Part shown: piece after piece, positions 1-11,104 of the stretch
How the letters are laid out: every line of letters starts with the position of its first letter
Numbering within the stretch: position 1 is the first letter of the stretch
Translations under genes and position numbers: made by a program
DNA from: Candidatus Latescibacterota bacterium
GTDB lineage: Bacteria > Latescibacterota > UBA2968 > UBA8231
Assembly: GCA_965206595.1 (NCBI GenBank)
Contig: OZ242214.1
Location: 6,912,001 to 6,976,000 of the forward strand
Direction: 5' to 3'
Length of the DNA: 64,000 bases
Notes under the pieces: model-generated
What the model saw: only the letters and a program-made list of their open reading frames with translations
The model's database searches: none
What the model was told of the DNA's origin: nothing

Positions 1-7
1 GCGGCTT

Positions 8-748
8 TTGGACGACATACGACTCGTGCTTGGTTTCGCCCGTGGGGCACCTCTTCGCGTCCCAATCATGAAGTTTTTTAGCGGAGATTGTGGGGAATGT
101 ACATTCTACGATGTGGAGGGATGTCCGCCATATATGCCTCCGTTCCACCATCTCAATCTCGATCCGATATTCTCGACGGCAATCAAACACACTGACATAA
201 TCGCGGAGCATCGGGACGTCCTGGAGACGACGATTGGTTGGTTGCTGGTGAAGACGGACTATGAAGAGATCCGCTTCATGTCAGGAATGACGGCACTGGA
301 AACTGCAGTCTCGAAATGCCTCGATGACAAAGAAATGTTCGTACTGAAGAAAAGCAAATTCAGAAAACTAAAATCAAGAATCAGCGAATTCGTCAAGCAG
401 CAAAACGACCTCGATCTCAACGAAAACGACTACGTGGCACTTGATAAAAAACTGCCCGAACTAAATAGGAACACCTTCAAACACAACCTTATACTATTGC
501 TTACCCGGTGGGGTATCTCACGCTCTGATATTGACGACCATGCGCTGTCCCGTCTTCTGAAACTAAGGAACGAAATCGTTCATCAGGGTGCCACTCCGAA
601 AGTTGAATGCCTCAGGGAGAACGATGAGATCCTTCGCGAGATTCTTGTTAGGCTCGTGCTCGCCATAATTCGCTTCGACGGTACCTACGAAAGCTACGTT
701 GGAGGACCTCATTCCAGGAAATTTCCCGTCTGCGAGCCCTCTGCGTGA
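8..748 (+). CDS. ApeA-like / HEPN-domain protein, probably 5'-truncated by the window edge
   Basis: C-terminal HEPN-type RxxxxH motif (LRNEIVHQG) after a 'ALETAV' helix; lower GC than neighbours; reading frame open from the window start. Confidence 0.55.
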   Translation: MDDIRLVLGFARGAPLRVPIMKFFSGDCGECTFYDVEGCPPYMPPFHHLNLDPIFSTAIKHTDIIAEHRDVLETTIGWLLVKTDYEEIRFMSGMTALETAVSKCLDDKEMFVLKKSKFRKLKSRISEFVKQQNDLDLNENDYVALDKKLPELNRNTFKHNLILLLTRWGISRSDIDDHALSRLLKLRNEIVHQGATPKVECLRENDEILREILVRLVLAIIRFDGTYESYVGGPHSRKFPVCEPSA

Positions 749-1000
749 TAGCGGTAGGAAGAAAAAAGTGGGTTTTACAACTCTGGCAGTCTCGGAGGTG
801 CTCCGGATCCTCGCGATGAAAAAAATCCGCGCCACCCGATTCGAGTCTGTCTTTCGTCAAGCTGGTGCCGAGTCTCCCGAAAATCTGGACCTTTGAAGAC
901 CTGCCTGAAGACATCGACGATGAGTGATAAAGGTGTTCCGGGTGTGGGGAGCGGATATCGGCGATCGCCATCACTCACTGATTACCGGGAAGAGGTTCCC

Positions 1001-1231
1001 ATGAAAAAACAAATCATCCAATACACATCGCCCATTGACGCACTGATTGCAGTGACCAAGCGGTTGAGTACCTACGAAAATCAGCAACAGATGGATTCGG
1101 AAGAGTTCTTTGACCATTACAGTCGGGGACAACTTTCCGACGACGCAGTATTCGTCGACTGGGCCAATGACTACCGCCACTATTTGCAACTCCGTCAAAA
1201 ACTAGCGGAGATAGTGCCCGATGTTGCATGA
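1001..1231 (+). CDS. tumA: TumA-family antitoxin
   Basis: MKKQIIQYTSPIDALIAVTKRLSTYENQQQMDSEEFF...DWANDYRHYL matches the TumA pattern as recalled; GAGG precedes the ATG at 1001. Confidence 0.7.
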   Translation: MKKQIIQYTSPIDALIAVTKRLSTYENQQQMDSEEFFDHYSRGQLSDDAVFVDWANDYRHYLQLRQKLAEIVPDVA

Positions 1232-1310
1232 GGTTCTGGCCGCCTACCTGGATAAGGTGGAGCAGACCATTCTCCTGCGAACCCGGAAGACGCCTCATGG
1301 CCAGCGCTGA
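1221..1310 (+). pseudogene. N-terminal remnant of a TumE (DUF6516)-like toxin
   Basis: 29-codon ORF MLHEVLAAYLDKVEQTIL... overlaps the tumA stop as a coupled toxin would, then runs into unrelated sequence. Confidence 0.5.
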
Positions 1311-2667
1311 CCAACTCAAGGCATTGCTGAAGTCGCACTTGGAAGGGGACGACGATCGCTTCTTTTCCGTCGCCATGCAGGTCGCCGCCCACGAAGCGAA
1401 ACTGGGGCACGGGAAGCTCGCCGAAGAACTGCGAACCCTGATCGACGAGGCCAAGGGACGGCGCGGCGTGGATTCGGTGGTGCCGATTGCCCGCCCGCGC
1501 GGCGAGTTGGCAAACCTTCTGGAAGCGTCCTACCCGAAGGCTCGGCTGGGAGAGATGGTTCTGAGTGATGCTCTCGCGGATCAGATTCAGCGGGTCCTTC
1601 GTGAGCAACGCTATGCCGGACGGATCGTGGAGCATGGCCTGGCGCCCAGGCGCAAGCTGCTTCTGACGGGTCCTCCTGGTACGGGCAAGACGCTGACTGG
1701 GTTCGTTCTGGCCGGGGAGCTCGGTCTTCCTCTCCTTCAGGTCCGACTCGACGGCCTTATCACCAAGTTCATGGGCGAAACCGCAGCCCAGCTGCGGCAG
1801 ATATTCGACGCCACCAGCAAAACTCGGGGTATCTACTTTTTTGACGAGTTTGACGCCATTGGTTCGCAACGCGGACTAACAAACGATGTGGGCGAAATCC
1901 GGAGAATATTGAACAGCTTTCTTCAAATCATGGCGTTCGTTGCCCGGCTCTCGGACGTCGCGCCGGACGGAACCAGCGCGCAGGTGACGATGGGCGTGCT
2001 GAACGGGACGCGGCGCAACTCGCACACGGACCCGGAGCCCATTGAGCCGGGAGAGATCTACGAGCTGCACGTGGACCTGGACGCCACGGCGTGGAGATTC
2101 GAGCGCGGGCACAGGATCCGGCTCTCCATTAGCAGCGCGGACTTTCCCAACCTGTGGCCGACCCCGTACCGCGGAACGAACCGCGTATACCGGGACAGCG
2201 GACGCGAGTCATACCTGGAACTGCCGGTCGTGCCGACCCGGGAAGCCCCCGCTGGAGAACTGCCGCCGGACGAAATGGAGTACGAGCCTTCCGCGGCGCC
2301 GCGACGGTACCCGGAGGCTTCGCCCCGCGTGGTTCCCTGGGAGATTGCTCAGGACGTCATGAGGGACCGGACCGGTCTCAGGTTGCACCTCGTCAACGAA
2401 AGCAGGGCCAGCGCCGGCATGACCGTAAAGATGGAGTCCAGGCTGGAGGTGTGGACAAACAACCGCGACCCCGCGGACACTACGGCAACAGGCCGGCACT
2501 TCAGGACCATCACCCGCACGGACGGCGTGATCAACGTGGACACCTCCGCGAACGTCCGCAGCACTCGGGACGCTTTTCACGTCTCCATCGAGCTGGACGT
2601 TCGCATCGATGGCCTGACGCATCACCGGCGCAGTTGGGTCGATTCGTTCAACAGGGAACTGCTTTGA
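1297..2667 (+). pseudogene. Chimeric ORF: IetA-like AAA ATPase N-terminal part (1297-~1930) fused in frame to a CocE/NonD hydrolase C-terminal domain (~1930-2667)
   Basis: MASADQLKALLKSH, Walker A GPPGTGKT, Walker B FFDEFD, RRILNSFLQ; then an abrupt switch to ARLSDVAPDG...GHRIRLSISSADFPNLWP (PepX_C/CocE type). Confidence 0.8.
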
Positions 2668-3035
2668 TCGGCGAAAGCTCTTCCGGGCAGCTGCAGGAGG
2701 GAGACAGGCTGCCCTACGAGATTCCGTTTCCGCTCGGGATGGACCATCTTGCGAGGATGTCCGGCGAGCCCGGCCACGAAGCGATAATGGGCGTGATATA
2801 CCCCCGGATGCCCGACTTCGACTCGCAGCCGGGGAACTACAGGATGCAGCTCATACAGAGGGTGAAGGACTACCTGAGGGCCAGGGAATATTCGGCCGAG
2901 ACGTTTGAGAAGTTCGCCCTGCGCGGAACCCCGTCTACCATACTGGTCGACCGCAAGGGAGTTCTCCGGGACGTCTCTTTCGGCCAGACGGGCCACTTGG
3001 ACGGGATGATCCAGAGGATCCTCGCCGAGGACTGA
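2664..3035 (+). pseudogene. C-terminal fragment of a TlpA/redoxin-like thioredoxin-fold protein
   Basis: YEIPFPLGMD...FALRGTPSTILVDRKGVLR is a redoxin C-terminal motif; no CxxC-bearing N-terminus is present. Confidence 0.6.
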
Positions 3036-3157
3036 ATCAGCAGGCCGGGACGAGCGCAAGGTGCCAGATACCCGGCACTGGTCATCGGTCGGATTTCATC
3101 CCGGTCTGGCTCCCTGGTGGAACTACGGTCGACAACTGATGGGAGGTCGGAATCGCC

Positions 3158-3630
3158 ATGAACAACACTGAAAAATTCCTCTTCGACCTGCAGGGCTTCA
3201 TCGTCGTCCGCGAGTTCCTCTCGCAGCGTGAAGTCAAAGCCCTCAACGACGCTTTCGACGCCAACTGGGACAAGCGCCGCGAACCCGAACCGCGACCCCA
3301 GCGGCAACATGGCCGGGCACGACTTGGGTAGAGCACCAGGAGGTCGTTCACCAAGTGCCTCTGAAGGCCGGCGACATGGTCATCTTCAGCGAGAACACCT
3401 TGCACGGCACTCTGCCGTGGCAGGCAGACCACGACCGCCGCGCCCTGCTCTACCGGTACACGCCGAAGTACCTGCACTACGACGGCGGCACGTACGAGGT
3501 GACCCAGCCGGAATGGGTGGCGGAATTGACCGAGGCACAGCAGGCGGTGCTCGAGTCCCCCTACATCTACCATCACCCACTTATCGAACTGGATGGCGAA
3601 ACAGTGGTCCGCCCACGCCGCGAGGATTAG
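3158..3630 (+). pseudogene. Phytanoyl-CoA dioxygenase (PhyH) family, internally deleted
   Basis: MNNTEKFLFDLQGFIVVREFL start with GGAGG, stop at ~3330; a different frame resumes KAGDMVIFSENTLHGTLPW...RRALLYRY; the central HxD region is missing. Confidence 0.75.
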
Positions 3631-3710
3631 CTCGGGTCAGTCACAAAATTCCGTACTTGAACCATTCATGGATGCCGTCTAAACCTTTCCGCTATAGGAG
3701 GATTTATAAT

Positions 3711-5161
3711 TCAAAGCACTTCCCCGGACACCACCTCTTCAATGCGGGCCACCACGGCAGGAACGTCGAAAACATTATCAAGTCGACCGGCCATCCGGCC
3801 GTCCGGACCCACCAGGAAATAGGAGGGTATGCTCCGGACCAGGTACAACTGAGCCACCTCCGCCTGCCAGCCGCCCGGGGCGTGGACGTGGACGCCGGTG
3901 ACGCCGTGCTCATCGACCGCCTGGTGCCACTCGTCGGCGGGGTCCAGAGAGATGTTCAGAAAGGCCACCTTCTGGTCCCGGGTCCGCTGTTTGATCTCTT
4001 CCATATGGGGACCGCCTCGATGCAAGGGCCGCACCAACTCGCCCAGAAGTCCAGGAAAACCGTTTGGCCTCTGAAATCGCTCAGGGAGACGCTTTTGCCC
4101 TGGAGATCCTCGAGGGTGAAGTCGGGCGCCGGCTCCCCGGGTTTGAGCCTGGCTGTTTCCCGCGCGACTTCCTCTACGGCCTCGGTGTACTCGGAATAGG
4201 GGTTGTCCAAGCGAAATTCAGCCAGGCGTTGTTCGCCCTGGTCAAAACGGCCCTCCTGCAAATCCTCGATGATTTCCCCGGCGAGAAAAAAGTACAGGAC
4301 TTTGCCGTGCAAGAGCCGCTTGGCCAAGTGGTAGCTGATGTTGTGGGGTTGAATCAAGTCTCCTCGGCGTTGGTTTTCCTCCAACCGTACAATGAAGTCC
4401 GGCAGATACGTGATGGTGTGGGGTTGGATAAAGGCTCGGCGTTGCTCCTCGGAAATTTGCTCCCGGAAGGCCCGTGTCTCGGCTTCCTCTTCCATGCGCC
4501 AGAAATTGCGCTCCAGATAGATGCGATAATGGGTTGTTCCGATGGCCGCTTCGTCAACCAGTTCAACTGGATCGAGGATGTCGTAATAGTCCGCGGGGAG
4601 GCCCTCGTTCCTGTTTCCATTGGCGAACATGTAATCAGTGGGATAGGAGACCACGAAATTGGCCCACTCATAGGTTATCTCAGCGCGGTAGTAGGCGATA
4701 AACCCCGGCGTTAGTCGGTACTGGCTGCAACCCTCGTCCAGGAAGCGCTCCAATTCCGAGCGCCGCTGGTCGACTATTCGGCGAAAGGCGTCGGCTTCCA
4801 GGTCCTTGTAGTCGATGCGCAGGTTATCGGGGAAGCGAGCCCTCAGGGCGGCGAGGAACCGGTTGTTGCCGGCCCCCTTGCCGGAGAAGCGGAGGGACCG
4901 GGGCAGGTCGAGCACGTCCGCCTCGATATGCAACTGGTCGCCCGGTTCCAGGAAGAGCTTGACCTCATCCTCGGGGCCGACCGAGACCATTCGCGCTTCG
5001 GCAAGCGGCAGCTCCACCGCGACACAACCCTCTTCGTCGAAGGGGACTTCGACCCTGACGGGCTTGTGGTAGACAGGGGTTTGCTGGTAGCTGGCGAAAA
5101 TTCCGCGGCCCTCCGGAGCATTGGCCAGAGTGGCGGTGACGCGAGTCAGGGGCAGGGGCAT
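3711..5161 (-). CDS. TlpA/AhpC-family thiol-disulfide oxidoreductase with long N-terminal extension, frameshifted at ~4008
   Basis: APDFTL...[12 protein letters not shown]; the C-terminus ([16 protein letters not shown]) continues in ORF 3711-4037 after a single-base loss in a G/C run at 4007-4010. Confidence 0.8.
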
Positions 5162-5304
5162 GGAAGTCTCCTGTCGTTTGTCGCCATTCATCGGCGTATG
5201 GTGCCGCGGTCCCCGGAGTTTGACCGAGGATGGATATACTTTCCTATTGTGCAGGACTCCGGACCTGAGACTCGAACCCCAAACCACACATGGGAGATGA
5301 TCTG

Positions 5305-6117
5305 ATGCAGACGAGATTTTCCGGATTTTTTATGGCATTGCTCCTCAGTCTTGGTCTGACGGCCTGCGGAGAAAGCGAGCTGGAGAAGCAGAGACAGGAA
5401 TACAATCGGAAGATGGAGGAGAGCGCTGCCCGCATCGACTCGCTCCAATTAGAGGTGGGCGGTTCCCAGACCCAGCTCGTCACCCTGCAGGCCAAACTCG
5501 ACAGCCTCGACAAGTTCGAGATGCTCCTGCAGGAGAAGAACCAGCAACTCCAGAAGGAAGTGAAGAAATACCGCTCCATGGCCGAGAAACGCCGCCGCAT
5601 GAACGTGGAGTTGCAGGATGCGATCAGCATGCTGCAGGAGGAGAAAGAGGCCGACGCAACGCAAATCGACCGGCTCATCGTCGCGTCGGACAGCCTCACC
5701 GCGGCCCTGCGCGAGCAGAGAGATCTCACTTGGAAACTGTCAGAGGAGCTGGAGGATGCCAACAGAAAAATCGAAAAAACGGAGGAAGAGCTGGACCAGG
5801 CGAAAAACACGGTGCGCGTGGTGGTGGGCACCGAGGATCGCCTGAAGGAGGAGGGGTTTCTGGAGACGGGACGCCGCTTCTTCCGCAAGGGGTACAAGCT
5901 GGTCCAGAAACCTGGAGATGAAAACCAGGTCAAATTCCTGGCTATCGGCGAGCGGCTGACCCTGAATCCCGATCAGAAGCTGAAGGACCTGATCGGCCGT
6001 TCAGGCAAGCTGAAGAAAGAGAAGGACTACATGGTGGAGGTGAGCGACGGCGTCACCCAGGTCACCATCGTCAACGACATCCTGAAAGGAGAGGCGGTGC
6101 TGGTGGTGGTCGAGTGA
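5305..6117 (+). CDS. Coiled-coil lipoprotein, function unknown
   Basis: Lipobox LTAC after a hydrophobic stretch; long heptad-rich region; short beta-rich C-terminus. Confidence 0.7.
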   Translation: MQTRFSGFFMALLLSLGLTACGESELEKQRQEYNRKMEESAARIDSLQLEVGGSQTQLVTLQAKLDSLDKFEMLLQEKNQQLQKEVKKYRSMAEKRRRMNVELQDAISMLQEEKEADATQIDRLIVASDSLTAALREQRDLTWKLSEELEDANRKIEKTEEELDQAKNTVRVVVGTEDRLKEEGFLETGRRFFRKGYKLVQKPGDENQVKFLAIGERLTLNPDQKLKDLIGRSGKLKKEKDYMVEVSDGVTQVTIVNDILKGEAVLVVVE

Positions 6118-6176
6118 CGCCGGGCCTCGCGACAGCGAGGCTGGGCAGGGCGGAGCAACGCCCCTGAATTCAGGAA

Positions 6177-7460
6177 ATGGATCAGGAAATGGATCAGGAA
6201 TACAGGTTCCGCAGAACGCGGGCCCGAGGCCTTGTTGAGTCAGGTCTGCTCTTCGGCCTCGGACTTCTCGCGCTGGCAGCGGTCGGGTGCGGCGGCGATC
6301 CGGCGGGACCGGAGCCGGGGCACGAACCGATCACGCTGGCCGCGGCCCTGGCCGAGACCGGGAGGCATGCCGGGGCGGGCAACGATCTGGCGTGGGGCTA
6401 CCGGCTGGCGGTCGACCTGCTGAACGAGAAGGGCGGCATTGCCGGCCGTCCGGTGCAACTGGTGATTCGCGACGACGGCAGCGACCCGGAAACGAGCGCC
6501 CGCCTGTACTCCGGGTTCGTCGCCTCCGATACGATCCACGCCCTGCTCGGCCCCTACAGCAGCGGGATCACGGAGACCGTACTCCCCGTCGCCGAAGAGG
6601 CGGGCCTTCCCCTCGTCGCGCCGATGGCGGCGGCTCCCGAGCTCTGGGCGGGACAGCAGCGGCAATGGAGCGTCCAGATCCTGAACCCGGGCCCCACCTA
6701 TGTCCAGGGCTCGGTGGAGCTGGCGGCGCAGGGCGGAGCCGAAACCGTCGCCCTGATCTACGAGGACACGGCGTTTCCCCGTTCCCTGGCGGGAGGGGTG
6801 CGCGCCGCGGCCGAGGCGCACGGGCTCGACCTGGTGCTGGACCAGGCCTACCCGGTCGGAGAAGCGGACCACCAAGCTCTGGCCGCCGCCGCCAGGGATG
6901 CCGATGGGGATCTCCTGGCAATCGGGGGCTACGGTCAGGATCTGGTCGACCTGCGAATAGCCGTCGACCAGGTCGGCTACGTGCCGCGGATGTTGAGCCT
7001 GAACGGTCCCGCGGCCCCCTTGTTTGTCTCCGGAGTGGGGGAGTTGGCCCGATGCGTGGCCGGGGGCGCTCCCTGGGTTCCAGCGCTTCGCACGTCCGGT
7101 TTCATCGGAGATAGCGAGACCCTCGTCATGAGGTTTGAAGCCGCCGAGGGCTCGAGCCCCGACCACCGCCCCGCCGGCGGGTTCGGAGCGGTGGAGGTCA
7201 TGGCCGAGGCTATCGAAGCGGCACTGGCCGCGACCGGGAAGCCGGATCCGGCCGCAATCCGCGACCAGCTCTTCGCCCTCGAGACGGAGACCGTGCTGGG
7301 CCCGTTCAGCGTGTACCCTCTCGGCGATTCCCAGGCCGGCGCCCAGCGCGCGCTCAAGGGGGTCCAGATCCAGTGGCAGGACGACGGGGAGGGCGGGCTC
7401 GTCCTGCGCATCATCCACCCGCAAGCGGCCGCCGAGGCGCCCCCCTGCTTTCTGCGCTGA
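6177..7460 (+). CDS. Branched-chain amino acid ABC-type substrate-binding lipoprotein (Peripla_BP_6)
   Basis: AVGC lipobox; NEKGGIAGRPVQLVIRDDGSDP and LLGPYSSG motifs. Confidence 0.85.
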   Translation: MDQEMDQEYRFRRTRARGLVESGLLFGLGLLALAAVGCGGDPAGPEPGHEPITLAAALAETGRHAGAGNDLAWGYRLAVDLLNEKGGIAGRPVQLVIRDDGSDPETSARLYSGFVASDTIHALLGPYSSGITETVLPVAEEAGLPLVAPMAAAPELWAGQQRQWSVQILNPGPTYVQGSVELAAQGGAETVALIYEDTAFPRSLAGGVRAAAEAHGLDLVLDQAYPVGEADHQALAAAARDADGDLLAIGGYGQDLVDLRIAVDQVGYVPRMLSLNGPAAPLFVSGVGELARCVAGGAPWVPALRTSGFIGDSETLVMRFEAAEGSSPDHRPAGGFGAVEVMAEAIEAALAATGKPDPAAIRDQLFALETETVLGPFSVYPLGDSQAGAQRALKGVQIQWQDDGEGGLVLRIIHPQAAAEAPPCFLR

Positions 7461-7704
7461 CCAGGCCGGGCGGAGCCGGACGGTTCAAGGTGCGAACCGA
7501 TAGACCACCGGACCTGTGCGCCGTCCGGGATGCCCGGGGTCCGCGTCGTAGTAGATGGTTCACGCATCCCAGGTCTCACGGGAGCGCGGCTGCACGGACG
7601 AAGATCCGTCAATCCAGGACCGTCGCGTCCAGGGCAGCATGCGGCTCTACCTCTTGCTCGATTCGGCGACGTATCCGGAAAACGCTTTCCCAGGAGAGAC
7701 TGAC

Positions 7705-8511
7705 ATGGCCATGACCGAAGAAGAACGCTTCCGCTTCGACCTCACCGGATTCCTGGTGCGCCCCGCCATCCTCACTCCGGCGGAAGTCGCCGCCATTGTC
7801 GATCAGATCGACCGCATCAAGCACGACCCCGGGTCGCTGCCGCCCGAGCACCGCGACGTCCCCGGCGGTCCGGCCAGCGTACTGATCGACCATCCCCAGG
7901 TGGTCGACGTCATCCGCGAGGTGATCGGCCCCGACATCCGGCTGGAGGGTTGCGGCTGCGTCTGGCGCAGGAAAGGGGAGGAGCACGGCCAGCTGCACGG
8001 CGGCGGCCCCGGCCAGGCCGATCCCATCTTCGGCTACCGCGTGAAGAACGGGCGCATCCACGCCGGCATGGTGCGGGTCATTTTCGAACTGACCGACATC
8101 GCCATGGAAGACCAGAGCACCCATTTCCTCATCGGCAGCCACAAGTCGGAATTCCCCATACACGAAGACCACCTGTCGCTGGAAGAGGGCAAGCGCAGCC
8201 GCTTCCTGACCACGTACGCCTGTCCGGCCGGCAGCGCCGTCTTCTTCACCGAGAACCTGTGCCACGCCGGACCGGTGTGGCGCCGCGATACCCCGCGCGT
8301 CACCATCCTTCACGCCTATTCACATCTGGCCACCCACTGGCACCGGCTGAAGGTTCCCCCGGCGGTGCTGCACGGACTTTCCCGCGAAAAGCAGGCTTAT
8401 TTCCGCCAGCCCTGGATCGCCGATTTCCGCACCAACCCGGCGACCCACAATACCGAGGAGCGCTTCCTGTCCAACGAGGAAGCTCCCATCGACACGGACC
8501 ACAAGCCCTGA
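7705..8511 (+). CDS. Phytanoyl-CoA dioxygenase (PhyH) family protein
   Basis: EERFRFDLTGFLV, LHGG, GSHKS, PAGSAVFFTENLCH motifs; AGGAG RBS. Confidence 0.85.
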   Translation: MAMTEEERFRFDLTGFLVRPAILTPAEVAAIVDQIDRIKHDPGSLPPEHRDVPGGPASVLIDHPQVVDVIREVIGPDIRLEGCGCVWRRKGEEHGQLHGGGPGQADPIFGYRVKNGRIHAGMVRVIFELTDIAMEDQSTHFLIGSHKSEFPIHEDHLSLEEGKRSRFLTTYACPAGSAVFFTENLCHAGPVWRRDTPRVTILHAYSHLATHWHRLKVPPAVLHGLSREKQAYFRQPWIADFRTNPATHNTEERFLSNEEAPIDTDHKP

Positions 8512-8539
8512 GGCGGTAACGGCAAGTAGCCGCGCGCGG

Positions 8540-10465
8540 CTACATGAAGGTCAGGATCTTCGCCTGCTCTTCCAGCAGCCAGAACAGGAACCCCCAGCCG
8601 CCGTTGACGCAGCACTCCCCGACGATCATTCCCAGGAAGAAGGGTTTGAGGCGCTGGAACATCGAGGGGCCCCAGTAGTGGAGGATGGTCAGCTTCAGCC
8701 CCCACGAGACCATCGCCGAAAACCAGATGTGGCCGGTGAGCCAGCCGACCCCGATGGCAAACCCGAGGGGGTGCAGCGGCCACCAGAACCAGCGCTGCTG
8801 GGCCCAGACCAGCAGCGCTTCGACGAACGCCCCGATCCCCTTGAACACCCAGCCCCTGAGGTCGGCCCCGGGCAGCTCGTTGATCGTGCGCGCCATGTTG
8901 GGCCAGCCGTGCGCTCCGGCCCAGTCGATGTGGTAGAGGTTGATGGCGCCGTAGGTGTAGCACATGCGCAGCACCATGAAGGCGGAGGCGCAGAAACTGC
9001 AGGCCAGGGCGATGATCAGCCCCCAGAACAGCAGCCTCTTCGATCCCTTCACCATCTCGGCGAGCTTGAGACTGTGGGCGCAGGCGACCATCGGGGAAGT
9101 GCGCGACTCCCCCTGCCAGATGAAGGTGAAGTTGAGGGCGACGAGCCCCTTGGCCCCCAGCAGCGGCGCGCCCAGCGCCGAGACGATGAAGTAGGCGGGA
9201 ACGATGGGACTGCGCACGGTGGCGACGCCGGCGGTGGCCGCGGCGCGGGCGACGAGGATCCAGAAGACGAGACTGATTCCCACCAGGACCGGCACGACCG
9301 GAAGCGGCACCCCCGAGCGCCACAGCCAGGCGCAGACGACGAGGAGGCTGCCGGCGAAGCCGAGCACCGCGGCGCGGTACCCGAGCAGCTCCTCGCTGTC
9401 GTCGATGCCTGCGTCCGGGCGCAGCACCTTGAGGGCGACCTGCCGCAGGTGGGAGCGCGCCGTCCACAGGGCGAAGAGCACGAGCACGACGACGGCCCCC
9501 GTCGACTGATGGGTGAGATCCGCGGGCTGGCTGAACTCGTAGGAGCTGAGCTTCTCGGTGCTGGCGATGCCGAGAATCTTGAAGATCCCCTCCTCGAGCT
9601 TGCAGAACAGGTAGAAGAACCAGACGCTGAAGGTGATTTCGAGATTGGCGAGGTAGAAGAAGCCGACCCAAGCGAAGCTGAAGGCGAACACCAGGGAGAC
9701 GGTATTGCGGAACCAGCGGAACCCCTCGTGGAAGAAGGGGAAGTCGGGAACCGCCGGAAAAAAATGATTGAGGCCGGCGCTGCTGAAGAAGATCACCGGC
9801 AGGGCGAAGCCGAGCCACATCGCCGGGTCCTTGAAGAAGGGGGCGACCCGCTGCACGGGATCCTCCCCTTTCTCGATCATGCTCTGCGGCAGCTGCATCA
9901 TCGGATAGGTGAGGCGCTCGTGCACCGACCACTGGCGGTGGAGGATGCTGCTGAGGCAGATCAGCATGAATCCGATCGCCATTATCAGGAGGAACCACCA
10001 GGCCAGCGGCTCGAGCCAGGGCCCCCACGGGATCGGGGCGCCCTTGGGGAGACCTTCGTAGTACAGGGAGATGGCGCGGGCGTCCTGGGGCACCATCCAG
10101 GAGGGGATGAGATCGTGGAAGAGCTCGGCGTAGCGGTTTTCGGTGGTGGCGTAGTAGTAGGGGAAGACCATGGTGCCGATCAGGAAGAACATCAGCCCCC
10201 AGGTCGGCAGGGTCACCGCCATCAGCAGCATGCAGTAGACGAGCACGAGGTCGGCGCGCGACAGCTCGAAGCGGCGCCCGATCAGGCTGACGAGCCCGTT
10301 GACGGCGAAGACGAGGATGAAGAAGAGGAAGATGGCCCCCTGCGAAGAGGGGTTGAACCCCATGCGCCAGTAGCGCAGCATGAGCCCGTACGGGGCCAGC
10401 AGCCCGACGGCCAGGCTCAACCCGGTGCCGAGGGCGAGTCCGGTGAGACTGAACGGAGACTTCAC
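8540..10465 (-). CDS. Polytopic membrane protein, DUF6785/DUF6784 putative peptide transporter
   Basis: Many transmembrane segments; RQWSVHERLTYPM and WWPLHPLGF motifs. Confidence 0.75.
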   Translation of the reverse strand: MKSPFSLTGLALGTGLSLAVGLLAPYGLMLRYWRMGFNPSSQGAIFLFFILVFAVNGLVSLIGRRFELSRADLVLVYCMLLMAVTLPTWGLMFFLIGTMVFPYYYATTENRYAELFHDLIPSWMVPQDARAISLYYEGLPKGAPIPWGPWLEPLAWWFLLIMAIGFMLICLSSILHRQWSVHERLTYPMMQLPQSMIEKGEDPVQRVAPFFKDPAMWLGFALPVIFFSSAGLNHFFPAVPDFPFFHEGFRWFRNTVSLVFAFSFAWVGFFYLANLEITFSVWFFYLFCKLEEGIFKILGIASTEKLSSYEFSQPADLTHQSTGAVVVLVLFALWTARSHLRQVALKVLRPDAGIDDSEELLGYRAAVLGFAGSLLVVCAWLWRSGVPLPVVPVLVGISLVFWILVARAAATAGVATVRSPIVPAYFIVSALGAPLLGAKGLVALNFTFIWQGESRTSPMVACAHSLKLAEMVKGSKRLLFWGLIIALACSFCASAFMVLRMCYTYGAINLYHIDWAGAHGWPNMARTINELPGADLRGWVFKGIGAFVEALLVWAQQRWFWWPLHPLGFAIGVGWLTGHIWFSAMVSWGLKLTILHYWGPSMFQRLKPFFLGMIVGECCVNGGWGFLFWLLEEQAKILTFM

Positions 10466-10604
10466 CTCGGCCTTGCTCTTCCTTCACGGGCAGGACGCGG
10501 TTGCCCGGCACGTCTTCGAGAACCCGGCGGTGCCCGCCGGGCAGACGATTTCATTGTGTGTTTCCAGTCTGTTCGTATTGGGAGTTGGGTCCCGAACGGC
10601 TCGG

Positions 10605-11060
10605 TTACTCGGGCTCGCCGGCGCTCATCAGCACCCCGGCGCGCTCGACCAGTTCCATCAGCACCTCCATCTCGACGTCGGCGAGGCGGCGGAAGCCGAT
10701 GCTGCTCTTGCCGACCTTGACCCTGCCGAGCCGGCCGGCGTACGCCTCGGTGAGGTAGCGGCGGCCGTCGGCGGCGTTGACGTAGACGCTGTAGTAGTTC
10801 TTCTGCCGCGCCAGCCCGACGATGAACCACTCCACCGGCTTTTTGTCGGAGCGCACGTAGGAGTAGTCGCCGTAGCCGATGATGGACTGGGCGCTGCCCC
10901 CCCAGAACACCCCTTCCCACAGGCTGCGCCGGTGACCGGGCAGCGCCGCGGCGATGCGCCGATCCAGCGTCGTCATGTCGCCGCGGATCTCCTCCGGCAG
11001 GGACGCCAGGTATTCGTCGGGTGATGTGGATACGCGTTTCATGCTCGAAAACTCCGGCAC
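10605..11060 (-). CDS. DUF1801-domain protein
   Basis: IIGYGDY, GLARQKNYYSVY, GKSSIGFRRL motifs. Confidence 0.8.
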   Translation of the reverse strand: MPEFSSMKRVSTSPDEYLASLPEEIRGDMTTLDRRIAAALPGHRRSLWEGVFWGGSAQSIIGYGDYSYVRSDKKPVEWFIVGLARQKNYYSVYVNAADGRRYLTEAYAGRLGRVKVGKSSIGFRRLADVEMEVLMELVERAGVLMSAGEPE

Positions 11061-11104
11061 CGAACTCGGCGCCTCAGGCCGTTGAAAGTTTCTGGTCTCG
11101 TCGT

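Noticed and set aside
8397-10720. Alternative 680-704-aa ORFs over the DUF6785 gene
   Set aside because: Low-complexity shadow frames typical of high-GC DNA.
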